A stretch of 64,000 bases of DNA, from contig JAPHEF010000002.1 of NCBI GenBank assembly GCA_029259535.1, positions 11,308-75,307 on the forward strand, given 5' to 3'. Positions 18,095 to 29,067 of the stretch are shown here, in pieces. A program made the translations under genes and the position numbers. This stretch comes from Candidatus Alkanophaga liquidiphilum. GTDB taxonomy: Archaea > Halobacteriota > Syntropharchaeia > Alkanophagales > B39-G2. Below the pieces are notes generated by a model, which made no database searches, was not told the DNA's origin, and saw only the letters and a list, made by a program, of their open reading frames with translations. Within the stretch, counting starts at the first letter, position 1; each line of letters begins with the position of its first letter.

Positions 18095-19471
18095 ATGGAG
18101 GTTTTTTTGAAACCGCGCTCTGTGGCGCTTGTAGGAGTGCCGAGAAAAGAACGCCCCGGCGCATACGTCACGCTCCTAAATCTGCTGGAGAGCTTTGACG
18201 GCGACGTTTACCCCGTAAACCCGCACGCTTCGGAGATTTTAGGCGTGAAAGCGTATCGAAGCATTAAGGACGTGCCTGCGGACGTGGACCTCACCGTCAT
18301 CTCCACAAAGAGGGAGCTCGTGCCGCAGATGGTCGAAGAGTGTGTGGAAAAGGGCGTGCATGGCGTGATAATCGTGACGCAGGGCTTTGCGGAGGCTGAT
18401 GCCGAGGGGCAGGCGTTGCAAGAGGAAATAGTCAGGACGGCGAAGGCGGGTGGTGTGCGTGTGCTCGGTCCAAACACTATGGGCGTGTTGAACGCCTTTA
18501 ACGGCTTCTCGACGACGTTCGGGTCGCTGCATGGCGTTCCGCTGCAGGAGCGGCGGATGCCCGTCGCGATAGTTTCGCAGACCGGCTTTTTTGTCTTGGG
18601 TGTTGGCGAGCTGTTTCCGGGAAAGTTCGTGGATTTGGGAAACATGTGCGACGTAGACTTCGTAGACGCCTTAGAATATTTCGAGAAGGATGAAGAGACG
18701 GAGCTGATAATCCTGCATATGGAGGGACTGCATGGGAAAGATGGGCGGCGCTTCTTGGAGGCGGTAATGAGGGTGGCGAGGCGGAAGCCTATCCTTGTGC
18801 TGAAAACGGGACGTAGTGAGAAAGGTGCGGAGCTTGCGGCGTCGCACACCGGCGCAATGACGGGCAACTATCGTGTTTACACGGCGGCATTGCGGCAGGC
18901 AGGCGCTTTCGTCGTCAGCGACATTGACGAGCTTCAGGACTTCACAAAAGCGTTCCTGCGGCTGCCACCGCTGCGAGGCGCCGGGGTCGCAGTGATAACG
19001 TATGCAGGTGCTGCTGGCGTTATGGTTGCAGACGTCGTCGAGGAGTGCGGCTTGCGGCTTTCTGAGCTTTCCACAGAGACGATCGCCAGAATACAGCGGT
19101 GGATGCCTGCATGGATGCAAGTGCGGAATCCTGTGGACATCTGGGTGGGAGCGATGGCGCACGGTCCCTCAAAAGTCTATGAGGACGTCATACGAGCAGT
19201 GCTTTGCGACGAAGACGTTGCGGCGCTCCTCTGCATATATTTTGCGCCGATGACGGAGGGACATGCGAAAATTGACGTTTCTGACGTGATAAAAGAGGTG
19301 GCGGCTGAGTTTGAGAAGCCTGTGGTCGTATGGCTCTACGGGTATCCCTCCGCCGAATACGTGCGGAAGTTGGAGAGAGGAAGAAACGTGGCAGTCTTCC
19401 CTACGATACGGCGGGCGGTGCAGGCTCTCGCTTTTCTAAATGCCGTCTCGAGTAGGCTCGGCAGCCATTAA
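18095..19471 (+). CDS. NDP-forming acyl-CoA synthetase, alpha subunit
   Basis: CoA-binding domain, GPNTMG, ASHTGA phospho-His, NPVD. Confidence 0.88.
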   Translation: MEVFLKPRSVALVGVPRKERPGAYVTLLNLLESFDGDVYPVNPHASEILGVKAYRSIKDVPADVDLTVISTKRELVPQMVEECVEKGVHGVIIVTQGFAEADAEGQALQEEIVRTAKAGGVRVLGPNTMGVLNAFNGFSTTFGSLHGVPLQERRMPVAIVSQTGFFVLGVGELFPGKFVDLGNMCDVDFVDALEYFEKDEETELIILHMEGLHGKDGRRFLEAVMRVARRKPILVLKTGRSEKGAELAASHTGAMTGNYRVYTAALRQAGAFVVSDIDELQDFTKAFLRLPPLRGAGVAVITYAGAAGVMVADVVEECGLRLSELSTETIARIQRWMPAWMQVRNPVDIWVGAMAHGPSKVYEDVIRAVLCDEDVAALLCIYFAPMTEGHAKIDVSDVIKEVAAEFEKPVVVWLYGYPSAEYVRKLERGRNVAVFPTIRRAVQALAFLNAVSSRLGSH

Positions 19472-19559
19472 CCCTCGTCAAAACGGCAGCCATTAACCCT
19501 CGTCAAAACGGCAGCCATTAACCCTCGTCAAAACGGCAGCCATTAACCTTCGTCAAAAC
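19460..19559. repeat. 4 x 25-bp tandem repeat GGCAGCCATTAACCCTCGTCAAAAC
   Basis: Three identical units plus one with a C>T change; no spacers. Confidence 0.95.
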
Positions 19560-20718
19560 CCTTCAAAATATCGGATAAAATCTTCACGACGCCGTCTATT
19601 TGTTTCTCGCTTATGACGAGGGGAGGGACGAGCCGAATGACCCGGTCGGCGGTGCAGTTCAATAAAACACCACGCTTCAACGCTTCATTCACGACATTCT
19701 CGCATTTCTCCTGCAGTTCCACGCCGAGCATGAGTCCTTTCCCCCGGATTTCTTTAACACTGTCGTAGTCACCGATTACCTCGGAAAGCCGTTGCATGAA
19801 GTAAGCTCCGAGCCTTTCCGAGCGTTCCACAAGCTGTTCCTCTTCGATGACGCCGAGCGTTGCGAGCGCCGCCGCACATGCCAGTGGATTTCCGCCGAAC
19901 GTCGAGGCGTGCTCGCCGCGCTCGAAGCTGAAGTTCGAGAGCGTAGCGCCGATTGGAAAGCCCCCGCCGAGCGCTTTTGCAACAGCCATTATGTCAGGCT
20001 GCACTTTGAAATGCTCCTTGCAGAACCAGCGACCGGTGCGTCCGAAGCCGGTTTGCACCTCGTCGAGAATAAAAAGGGCGTCGTGCTTTTCGCAAATCTC
20101 TTTGACCTCCCTCAAGTATTCGAGCGGTGGGATTATCACGCCGGCTTCGCCTTGTATCGGTTCAAGGATGACGGCTGCCGTGTCCTCATCAATAGCTTTT
20201 CTGACGGCGTCTGCGTCGCCGTAACGCACGAACTTCACATTGTGGAGCAGCGGCTCGAAAACGTCACGCTTGACGTGGTGCGTGACGCTGAGCGCCCCGA
20301 AAGTCCGCCCGTGAAAGCTGTTCTGCGCCGCAATAAAACCTTTTTTCCCAGTAACCTTGCGTGCGAGCTTTAGAGCGGCTTCGACGCTCTCTGCTCCGGA
20401 ATTACAGAAGAAAACCTTTTCGAATTTCGCGAGACGGCAGAGCTTTTCCGCAAGCTCGACCTGCGGCTCCGTGTAAAAGAGGTTAGAGAGGTGGATAAGG
20501 CGTTCCGCCTGCGCCTTTATTGCGGCGACGACCCTCGGGTGACAGTGCCCAACACTGTTCACCGCGATGCCGGCGACACAGTCCACGTATTCACGCCCGT
20601 CGGCGTCCTTGACAACGACGCCTCGCCCTTCGACGATGAGCACCGGCAGCCGTGAATATGTCTGCATGATGAACTGCCGCTCCTTCTCCATTACTTCTTG
20701 CCTCTGCAAGGCTTCCAC
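19543..20718 (-). CDS. argD: acetylornithine aminotransferase
   Basis: CNSGAES, FHGRT, DEVQTGFGRTG, AKALGGG, STFGGNP. Confidence 0.9.
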   Translation of the reverse strand: MEALQRQEVMEKERQFIMQTYSRLPVLIVEGRGVVVKDADGREYVDCVAGIAVNSVGHCHPRVVAAIKAQAERLIHLSNLFYTEPQVELAEKLCRLAKFEKVFFCNSGAESVEAALKLARKVTGKKGFIAAQNSFHGRTFGALSVTHHVKRDVFEPLLHNVKFVRYGDADAVRKAIDEDTAAVILEPIQGEAGVIIPPLEYLREVKEICEKHDALFILDEVQTGFGRTGRWFCKEHFKVQPDIMAVAKALGGGFPIGATLSNFSFERGEHASTFGGNPLACAAALATLGVIEEEQLVERSERLGAYFMQRLSEVIGDYDSVKEIRGKGLMLGVELQEKCENVVNEALKRGVLLNCTADRVIRLVPPLVISEKQIDGVVKILSDILKGFDEG

Positions 20719-20846
20719 CCAAGCATAAATGGGGCTGCTTGATTAAAGCACTGCCGTGTTTAGCGTAAAGCATGAGCAACTCACAACTTGTGCAGAAAAT
20801 CGCAACTAACGAAAATAGTAATGTTTAAAAAAGTAAGAGAGGAGGG

Positions 20847-22049
20847 TTATTCGTAGAACTTCTTCCCGGCTCCTGCCATTTCTACCAACAGCGGGTCAGG
20901 CTCATACCAGTTCTGCCCATACCTCTCCTTCGCATCCTTCAGCGTCTCCACGACCTTGCCCACGCCGATCTCGTCGGCGAACTGGAAAATGCCCTTCGGG
21001 TAGCCGAGTCCGAGCTTCATCATAGTGTCGATGTCGTCCCTCGTGGAAACCTCCATCCGCAGGAGATAGGCGGCGACGTTGACCAGCGTCGAGATGAAAC
21101 GAGTCGGGTCGTATTTCTCTTTAAGCTCCTCCGGAATCTCAACCCGCTTATACACGCCCGGGCCGGGGTATTCGTAGAAGCCCTTGCCGCTCTTCATGCC
21201 GTGCCAGCCCTTTTCGATGTATTCCTTAACTATCGGTGGGCCACGTACCACGGGACCCTCTACATATGCGGGGTGCGTCTTGCTCAGTTCCTCAACGATT
21301 TCGTCCATTTCCCTTCCTATGTCAATTCCCGTGAGGTCAGCGAGCTCGAAGGGTCCCATCGGGAAGCCCAGCTTGTAGCGGACGGCGGCGTCTATCTCCT
21401 TAGGCTCCGCCATGCCCCTTTGGAGGTCCCAGGCGCCCTCGTAGAGGAAACTAATTGCCATCCTGCTGGTGACGTAGCCCCAGACGTCCTTTTTGAGGAC
21501 GATAGGCACCTTGCCGAGCTTCTTTGAGAGTTCCACGGTGGTCTTTAGGGTCTCCTCGCTCGTCTTCTCGCCGGGCATGATTTCGATGAGCTTCATGAGC
21601 TGTGCCGGGTTGAACCAGTGCATATCTATGACCTTGTCCGGTCTGTTCGTTGCGTCTCCCAGTATCGTGGCAGGGATGGTGCTGGTGTTGGATGCGAGGA
21701 TTGTATGCTCTGGGGCGATTTCGTCCATTTCCTTGAAGACCTGCTTCTTAAGGTCTAAACTTTCGAAAACCGCCTCTATCACGTAGTCAGCGTCCTGAAC
21801 AGCTTCTTTCAAATCTAAAGTCGGTTTTATCTTCCCCAGAACGGCTTCCTTCTGCTCTTCGGTGAGCTTGTTCTTTTTGACAAGCTTGCTCAGGCTTACT
21901 GTTATCAATTTCATCGCTCTGTCAAGGGCGTCCTTGCTGATGTCCATCAGAGCGACGTCATAACCCGTCATCGCCGCCACTTGCGCAATCCCGTGTCCCA
22001 TCACGCCGGCGCCAATTTGGGCGATTTTTTTAATCTCTTCGACGCTCAT
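20847..22049 (-). CDS. 3-hydroxyacyl-CoA dehydrogenase (duplicated C-terminal domain)
   Basis: GAGVMGHG, EAVFE, SNTS, HWFNP, GFPMGP and GYPKG. Confidence 0.9.
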   Translation of the reverse strand: MSVEEIKKIAQIGAGVMGHGIAQVAAMTGYDVALMDISKDALDRAMKLITVSLSKLVKKNKLTEEQKEAVLGKIKPTLDLKEAVQDADYVIEAVFESLDLKKQVFKEMDEIAPEHTILASNTSTIPATILGDATNRPDKVIDMHWFNPAQLMKLIEIMPGEKTSEETLKTTVELSKKLGKVPIVLKKDVWGYVTSRMAISFLYEGAWDLQRGMAEPKEIDAAVRYKLGFPMGPFELADLTGIDIGREMDEIVEELSKTHPAYVEGPVVRGPPIVKEYIEKGWHGMKSGKGFYEYPGPGVYKRVEIPEELKEKYDPTRFISTLVNVAAYLLRMEVSTRDDIDTMMKLGLGYPKGIFQFADEIGVGKVVETLKDAKERYGQNWYEPDPLLVEMAGAGKKFYE

Positions 22050-22601
22050 GTTAAAACGTTGCATTCTAGCATATAAAACCTTCTTCGAAATGCAGCGGCC
22101 GGGGTCACGCCCACAGAGGTCGAGTGCGGAGATATATCAAGGGGCACGTTTCAAATCGGTAGGAGGTGAATAAAGGGTCCCTGCGGATGCCTAAGGATGT
22201 GCTGTAGAATTACCGAAGAACAGCCTTTTAACTTTTAAAGTTTTAAGCAAGGATTGTCAGCATGCTTTCGTAGGATGTCAGACACCACGCCCACGCCTTC
22301 GAGCTCAAATGTCAAGCTGCGGAACGGAGGAAGCCTTGGGGTATAGAGCGGGCGTGCTATTGAAGCTAAAAACATGCATCCGGCGAAATTCGAGGTCTTA
22401 CCGCGTATGATAAACCGTGCGAAATGGAACACTATGGAGCAACGTTTTTTGCGGGCCGTGAGCGATTAAGAAGCGGCATCAAAGCTCAAAACCATGAGGG
22501 GAGCGTGCCACCTTGCCCACCATAACATACCGAGCTTTTCTTGATGCCCCCGATAAAAATAGAAAATTTTATATCGGGCTGGAATCGTGGCACTTACAGG
22601 A

Positions 22602-23616
22602 ATGGCAGAGAGATGTGTTTTCGTCAGGGAAGAGAAGATGAAAGATGCGTTAAGAGCACTTATGCAGAAATACGTTGTCGTGTGTCCGATAGGCGGCGCT
22701 TACGGGTGCTCACTGAGGATATGTTAGACGAAGTAGGCATAGAAAGGCGAGCGGGTCCGCCGCCGAAGTTCTTGTTTTTGCCACCTAGGGAAAAGATGTT
22801 TGAATATTTTTTGCGTGGTGACGTTGAAATAAAAGTGTCTCTCGAGGAGTTGGAGGGTGTTTTGCTTTTAGGGTTGCGGGCGTGCGACCTGAAAGCCTTG
22901 GAGATGTTGGACAAAGTTCTCTTAGAAGAGCCTGCCGATGCATACTACAAAGCCAAAAGGGAGAACGTCACGATAATTTCGTTAGACTGCGCAGAGCCTT
23001 CAGATTCCTGCTTCTGCGTAGCTCTCGGTCTGAAACCTTATGCCGAAGGTGGCTTCGACCTGAACATGAGCAGAGTGGATGGCGGGTATTTACTGGAGGC
23101 GGGAAGTGAGCGTGGTAGGGAGCTGCTGACGCTCCTCGAAGAATTTACGGAGGACGCCTCAAGCTCGCAACTCGAAGAGCGGCAGAAGAAAAGAGAGGAT
23201 GTGACCAAGAGGCTTGAGGAGAAATATGTAGTCAAGAGTGCGGCTAAGATAAAAGAGGACGTGAGTTTGCTGGAAGACGAGTATTTTGAGGGCTTAGCGG
23301 GGATGTGCGTGGAGTGTTTCGGCTGTATTTACTCATGCCCGACGTGCTATTGCTTCTACGTCTTCGAGGAGCCAGAAGATGAGACTTGGCGGAGAGTTCG
23401 CATTTGGGACCCCTGCCTCTCAGAAGCCTTCCAACGGGTGGCGGCGGGTGTGAATCCGAGGGCGGCGCTCGCCTAGAGGCTTAAGCAAAGGTTTTTCCAT
23501 AAACTCGTGTATTTTGTGGAGAAATACAATGAGGCGGCGTGCGTGGGCTGCGGGCGTTGCGTAACGCCTGTTTGGCGAGGATTGACATTAGGGATGTTAT
23601 GGGCATAATGAAGTAG
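22602..23616 (+). pseudogene. AsrA/HydB-like 4Fe-4S subunit
   Basis: CVECFGCIYSCPTCYC and CVGCGRC; frameshift near 22702, in-frame TAG at 23474, frameshift near 23562. Confidence 0.8.
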
Positions 23617-24456
23617 GTGGTAAGCGTGGCGGTAGCGGCTGTTGGAGGTGGGAACCCTTACATACCAAAGCTCGCTGAAATACTGAAGGTTAAGGAAGAA
23701 AGTCCCGACGTGAAGACGTTCACGTTCAAATTGAAGAACGGCGAGTTTAATTTCAAAGCAGGACAGTTCGTCGAGGTTTCTGTGTTCGGCATGGGCGAGG
23801 CGCCATTCACGCTCTCCTCGTCGCCCTTCGACACCGAAAAGTTCGAAGTTAGCATTATGCGTGTCGGCAGCGTCACCGCCGCCATTCACCAGAAAAAAGA
23901 GGGCGACATCGTCGGCATAAGAGGGCCCTACGGCACGCATTTCCCGCTTGAGAAATGTGAGGGCAAGAACATCACGATTGTCGGTGGCGGGATAGGTATT
24001 GCTCCGCTCCGCTCCCTCATTTATGCTTTAATCCACGAGCGTGAGAAATACAACAACATAAAGGTGCTGTATGGTGCGAGAGAGCCAAGACTCATAGTTT
24101 ACAAAGACCTGTGGGATGAGTTCAAGAAGCATGTGGAGGTATACCTAACAGTAGATTTCGCTGACGAAACTTGGAAGGGACATGTGGGTGTCGTGACTTC
24201 GCTTTTCGATGTCGTTAAGGTGGACCCAAAGGACAACATGGCGTTCGTCTGCGGTCCGCCGATAATGATAAAGTTCGTGACGCAGAAACTCCTCGAACTC
24301 GGTTTTGCGCCTGAAAATATCCACCTGTCGTTAGAAAGGATGATGAAATGCGGCATAGGCAAGTGCGGGCATTGTAACATCGGCAAGTATTATGTCTGTA
24401 GGGATGGCGCCGTCTTCACATACGACATGATAAAGGACATACCAAATCCGTTCTGA
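23617..24456 (+). CDS. AsrB/HydG-like FAD/NAD(P)-binding 2Fe-2S subunit
   Basis: RGPYG, GGGIGIAP, CGPP, ERMMKCGIGKCGHC..VCRDG. Confidence 0.9.
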   Translation: MVSVAVAAVGGGNPYIPKLAEILKVKEESPDVKTFTFKLKNGEFNFKAGQFVEVSVFGMGEAPFTLSSSPFDTEKFEVSIMRVGSVTAAIHQKKEGDIVGIRGPYGTHFPLEKCEGKNITIVGGGIGIAPLRSLIYALIHEREKYNNIKVLYGAREPRLIVYKDLWDEFKKHVEVYLTVDFADETWKGHVGVVTSLFDVVKVDPKDNMAFVCGPPIMIKFVTQKLLELGFAPENIHLSLERMMKCGIGKCGHCNIGKYYVCRDGAVFTYDMIKDIPNPF

Positions 24457-24465
24457 GGTGGAAGC

Positions 24466-26199
24466 ATGCCCATCGAAAAGATAAAAACAGTATGTCCGAT
24501 GTGCGCGCTCGGCTGCGGGCTGCTCTTGGTCAAAGAGCGGGAAGTTGTGGGGTTGGATTATTGGAAAGAACATCCGTTTAATGAGGGCGCCCTTTGTCCG
24601 CAGGGCAATCTCGTCCACGAGATAATTCACCATGAGCGCAGGCTCACAACGCCCTTAGTGCGTGAGGGCGACTCCTACAAAAAAGCTTCTTGGGGTGAAG
24701 CCCTTGGGATTGTAGCCAGTAGGATAAAAACGGCGACGAAGGAATTTGGTGGCGATGCCGTCGTTTTCCTCTCCTCAGGATTCTGCACGAACGAGGAGAA
24801 TTATTTGATAATGAAGCTCGCCGCCGCCCTTCACGTCCGTGCAGCAACGCCGCCAAGTGCCGCCTCCGGGCTTAAAGATATATTTGGCTACGACGCTTCC
24901 ATCACCCCGCTTACAGAGGTGAAGGACGCAGATCACCTATTCATCGTCGGTGAACCAATTGAACAGAACCCATTAGCTGCGAGATACATGCTTAAGGCAA
25001 AGTTTGACAGCAGCGCTTGGGTAACCGCCGTGGGCACGCGCCCCGGTAAGACAGCATGGTTCTCAAACTTATTCCTACAATGTAAGCCAGGGGGCGTCGC
25101 GGCACTGCTCCTTGGTATCATAAAAAGCATCGTGGAAAGCGAAGCCTACGACAAGGAGTTCGTGGAAAAACAGACTAAGGGCTTCGACGAGCTTAAAAGT
25201 CTTCTGGACGAGAAAAGTCCCCAAGAGATTTCAGAAATGGCGGGCGTAAGCCCGACGCTCATAGCGCAAGCGGCAAGCACGCTTGCGAAAGCATCTAAGC
25301 CGTGCATCATTTACACCACTGCTATCTTTGAGGAGAACGCAAGGGAAATCGTAAAGGCGTTGGCGGACCTCGTGTTGCTGCTGAACGCTACAAAGGTGGG
25401 GTTGTGCGTCGTGGAGGGCGTTCCGAACATCCAAGGCGCTAAGGACGTTCTTGAGGAGGAGTTCAACGGCAATGCGAAGGTCGTAGTTGCGTTAGGAGGC
25501 ATGCCGCCGTATGTTAATTTGGACGGTGTGGAGTTCATAGCGACGACGCAGACGTTTTTGCGAAGCGATGAAAAAGCGGATGTCATACTGCCAGGAGCGT
25601 GCTTCGCCGAGAAGGAGGGGACGTTCACGAGCACTGATAGGTTCATTCAGAAGCTGCGGAAAGCTGTGGAGCCGCCGAGAGGCGCAAGAGCCGAGGCTGA
25701 AATTTTAGCAGAACTTGCAGCGAGGTTGGGTGTGGAGTTGGGGTTTGAGGGCTGGCCGGAAGTTGCGGCGGCAGTGAAAGCCTACGGAGGGATTGTTGAG
25801 GACGCACTTGAGGGCGGCGTTCGCTGGGGCGGCAAGCGCCTCTACGAAAGTGGTTTCGAGACCACCGACCGCTTTGCGAGGCTACTGCCGTTCGACGTGC
25901 GTTTCGAGCTACCGAGACCGGAGGGAAAGTTTTTGGTAATAACCGAGCGCCGAACGTTTAACCCTGAGTGGGCGCTCGTGGCGGAGCGTTTTTGGGAGGT
26001 AACAGGAAAACCGTGGCGTTGGATTGAAATAAATCCTGAAGATGCAGCTACGTTGGGGCTGAGTGATGGTGACGCCGCAAGACTCAAAACCGACGCTGAG
26101 GAGTTGGTGGCACCGGTGGTGGTCCGCCGAGAAATTCCGAAAAATATTTTATTCGCTTCAGATTACAAGACGTGCGTAGCCTCGTTGGAGAGGGTGTAA
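24466..26199 (+). CDS. molybdopterin oxidoreductase-fold protein (FdhA/NuoG-like) with N-terminal 4Fe-4S
   Basis: CPMCALGC..LCPQG, TNEENY, AEKEGTFT; Mo-ligand Cys/His segment not recognisable. Confidence 0.75.
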   Translation: MPIEKIKTVCPMCALGCGLLLVKEREVVGLDYWKEHPFNEGALCPQGNLVHEIIHHERRLTTPLVREGDSYKKASWGEALGIVASRIKTATKEFGGDAVVFLSSGFCTNEENYLIMKLAAALHVRAATPPSAASGLKDIFGYDASITPLTEVKDADHLFIVGEPIEQNPLAARYMLKAKFDSSAWVTAVGTRPGKTAWFSNLFLQCKPGGVAALLLGIIKSIVESEAYDKEFVEKQTKGFDELKSLLDEKSPQEISEMAGVSPTLIAQAASTLAKASKPCIIYTTAIFEENAREIVKALADLVLLLNATKVGLCVVEGVPNIQGAKDVLEEEFNGNAKVVVALGGMPPYVNLDGVEFIATTQTFLRSDEKADVILPGACFAEKEGTFTSTDRFIQKLRKAVEPPRGARAEAEILAELAARLGVELGFEGWPEVAAAVKAYGGIVEDALEGGVRWGGKRLYESGFETTDRFARLLPFDVRFELPRPEGKFLVITERRTFNPEWALVAERFWEVTGKPWRWIEINPEDAATLGLSDGDAARLKTDAEELVAPVVVRREIPKNILFASDYKTCVASLERV

Positions 26200-26200
26200 C

Positions 26201-26485
26201 ATGCCGGAGCTTTATTTTGATTTGGACCTCTGCATAGAGTGTCGGAGCTGCGAGGTAGCATGTGCAAGGCAGAATAGGGAGAAAAGAGTAAAAATAGAGG
26301 TTTACGAGACGTTTCCGCTAAATCTGGAGTGCAAGCACTGCGAGAAGAGCCCATGTGTGGAAGTTTGTCCGACAAATGCCCTTGAGAGAAGGGGTTCTGT
26401 GGTTTACAGGAACGAAATGCTGCGCGTTGGTTGCAAGTCCTGCATGATTGCATGCCCATTCGGAAACATAGAATTCAAAGGATAA
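26201..26485 (+). pseudogene. HycB/FdhB-like 4Fe-4S protein, truncated
   Basis: CIECRSCEVAC, CKHCEKSPCVEVCP, LRVGCKSCMIACP (first Cys replaced by Arg); ends before the last cluster motif. Confidence 0.6.
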
Positions 26486-26533
26486 AAACTAATGTAAAAA
26501 AACTGTTAGCAGTGTGGTAGGAGGTGGATCGTT

Positions 26534-27637
26534 ATGAAACTCGTTGTTATTGGCTGCGGATTTGCAGGAATAGAGGTTGTTGAAGGCGTGAGAAAAGGGA
26601 TGAAGGATGCCGAAATTACGATGATAGATCCCAGAGCGCGGATGCAGAATCAAAGCCTTTTTCCCGAGATCATCTCGGAAAAAGTCACTCCTGACGAGAT
26701 AACTGGTGATTTATCATCATTTGCAAGGAAGCACGATGCGAAGTTCATCAACGAAGCCGCTCTTTCTGTGGATTTCAAGTCTAAAGTTGTGAAGACTGAG
26801 CGTGAAGAGGTACCATATGATTTTCTTGCTATCACGGTGGGCGCTGTACAGTCATATTTCGGTATTCCTGGAGCAGAAGAACACTCATACTCGATAAATA
26901 CACTTGAAGGGGCGCTGGAAGCAAAGGAAGCACTTGAAAGACTTGTAAGTTCTGGTAAAGACAGGATAGCGGTCGTAGGTGCTGGCCTGACGGGTGTCGA
27001 ACTTGTCGGGGAACTTGTAGATAAATACGGTGGTAAACTGAAGATTACGCTCATCGAAGCGCTTTCTAAGGTTCTCCCCGCGTTCTCAGAGGCTAACCCG
27101 AAGGTATGCACGTACATTGAGAGGGTGCTGCGCGAGAAGAGGGTTGACATCATGCTAAATGCGGCTGTTGAGCGAGTGGAAGATGATAAAATCTATTTCA
27201 AAGGTGGAGAACCACTGGATTATGATATGCTGTTCTGGACTGCGGGGATAAGACCTGCACCGCTTCTTGAAACGCTGGACGTTCCGAAAGAACGTGGCTG
27301 GATTAAAGTTGACGAAAACCTCAGGGTCGAAGGTATGAATGATGTCTTTGCAGGGGGTGACTGTGTGTTCACCATGATTGACGGGCGTTGTTCGGGTAAG
27401 AACGCCGAGGAGGCGGAGCGACAGGGGAGGATGATCGCAGAGAATATCGTGCGCTCGGAGAAGGGCAAACCTCTCGCTAAATACAGACCAAAGAATACCC
27501 TCGAGCGCCCGAGGGCTTTCATATCTTACGGTGGTGGTAAGGCGATCGCGACATCGGGCAGGTTTATGATAAAAGGACGGATCGCATACATGCTGAAAAA
27601 GTACGTTGATCTACGCTTCATGAAGCGATTTGAGTGA
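26534..27637 (+). CDS. FAD-dependent oxidoreductase, NDH-2/SQR-like
   Basis: GCGFAG, VGAGLTGVE, WTAG, FAGGD. Confidence 0.85.
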   Translation: MKLVVIGCGFAGIEVVEGVRKGMKDAEITMIDPRARMQNQSLFPEIISEKVTPDEITGDLSSFARKHDAKFINEAALSVDFKSKVVKTEREEVPYDFLAITVGAVQSYFGIPGAEEHSYSINTLEGALEAKEALERLVSSGKDRIAVVGAGLTGVELVGELVDKYGGKLKITLIEALSKVLPAFSEANPKVCTYIERVLREKRVDIMLNAAVERVEDDKIYFKGGEPLDYDMLFWTAGIRPAPLLETLDVPKERGWIKVDENLRVEGMNDVFAGGDCVFTMIDGRCSGKNAEEAERQGRMIAENIVRSEKGKPLAKYRPKNTLERPRAFISYGGGKAIATSGRFMIKGRIAYMLKKYVDLRFMKRFE

Positions 27638-27709
27638 GTGTGTACAAAGAGAGGAGACAAATCCTCATGGTCTCTTACAAAACTTTGTCTATTATCTCTC
27701 CTGTGAGGT

Positions 27710-28635
27710 GCTTTGTGGCACAATTATAACATTGAATATTTCAAGTCCGTTTTTGATTAATGCCAATTATGTTTATTCAAACAATGGAATAAACATTAAT
27801 TCCGTTGAGTAGAATATTTAACATAGCATATTGGAATCTAATTTCATTCACTATGTTATTCCATTTAACAGCACTAACATACTCTCCATATTCTCTTTTA
27901 GCTCTTGAAAATACGGTTTCATCCATCTTTCGCCATATTTGTATTTATCTTTCCATCCTTCATATCCAATCTCTTTCTTTTCCCTTACCATCTTAGCTCT
28001 CGCTGGAGATCCTCTCGCTTTCGTAGAAGAATTCTTCCTCGTTTTTATTATCGGTTCTTTTCCTCTGCTCATAGGAACCATCTGCTATTGCCCTATCTGG
28101 TTTCCTTCCTTTGTTCTTCTCTGCCTTCTCTGCCAATGAAGGCAACATTTTTCCATCCCCTACGCATCTGTTACCTCTATTGATACAACCTCCTTTGTTT
28201 TTACATCCACCTCAATATGAACCTTGATCCATCCCCTCCTCACTTTCCATTTATGACGAATCCATTCTCCTCTATTTGCTACCTTTACTCCAGAACTATC
28301 TACAGCAATAACAAAATCTTCTTTGTCTCAATGTTTTAGGCAAAGGTATTCCGATTTTTATTGCCCTTCTTATTTGACTGAATGATGGCGCTTTTATCTT
28401 TGGGATGTATCTTGATGAGCCTCAAGAAACATTCTATCTGTCTGTCTTATATGAATGCAATCGTGCAATACATGAAAATGGCAAAACTCTCTGGATACTC
28501 ATATGGCCTTCCTCCCTTCCCTTTATTCATCTTTTCGATTTCCTCATTATATTCCTTCCAATTCCTCTTTTCCGGCATCCTATCCCCTCGGGACGCTGCC
28601 AGAAGATATATAGTTTACGGTTTATGCCACAAAGC
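27710..28635 (-). mobile_element. IS5-family insertion sequence with degraded transposase
   Basis: 11-bp TIRs GCTTTGTGGCA (27710-27720) / TGCCACAAAGC (28625-28635); AGGT target duplication at 27706-27709 and 28636-28639; AT-rich. Confidence 0.85.
27740..28578 (-). pseudogene. IS5-family DDE transposase
   Basis: MPEKRNWKEYNE..GRPYEYP, IAVDSSGVKVANRGEW, GWIKVH fragments with stops and frameshifts. Confidence 0.8.
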
Positions 28636-28639
28636 AGGT

Positions 28640-29065
28640 TTCGGCGCTGATTTTCTAATTTTCTACATGCTGGTGGCGTATCTGCGGAGGTTGGGCGTTC
28701 GCATTGAAGTGGAGACGATGCCCACGGTCACGTCGGTCGTCGTCACCGGTATCTTTCTGGGAGCGACGCTCGCCGTGCTCCTGCCGTTCGTCCGTTTTGA
28801 GGTCGCAACGTTCTTCGCAGTGTTCATGCTCGGCATTTATGTTGCGCTTTTGAAAAGAGACGTTATTAAGGTAATTTTAGGGATTCTGCTCTCAGCAAAT
28901 GCCTTATATCCGGCGTTAGCGTTACTTGAGCTGCCGTTTTCCATTTATTTGGTGTTTGACGTGACCGAGATTCTGGTGACGCTCGTGATGCTCTGGGTGG
29001 CGCTTTTGATCAAAGAGCGGTATGGAGCGTTAGACGGCTGGAAAGCGAACCTACTGAGGTGGTGA
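28640..29065 (+). pseudogene. HyfE/NuoK-like membrane subunit, 5' part lost at the IS
   Basis: KRDVIKVILGILLSANA hydrophobic segment; the upstream part of ORF 28382 is antisense IS sequence. Confidence 0.6.
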
Positions 29066-29067
29066 AA

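Noticed and set aside
19460-19559. Possible mini-CRISPR array
   Set aside because: Units are head-to-tail with no spacers, derive from the adjacent gene ends, and no cas genes are present
22436-22460. AACGTTTTTTGCGGG resembling an attC half-site
   Set aside because: No complementary CCGC..GTT arm downstream
23474-23476. In-frame TAG as possible pyrrolysine/readthrough
   Set aside because: The same gene has two frameshifts and the operon is decaying; a nonsense mutation is simpler
28382-28639. N-terminal half of the 227-aa ORF as a real membrane protein
   Set aside because: It is the antisense strand of the IS5 transposase fused by chance to the HyfE-like remnant
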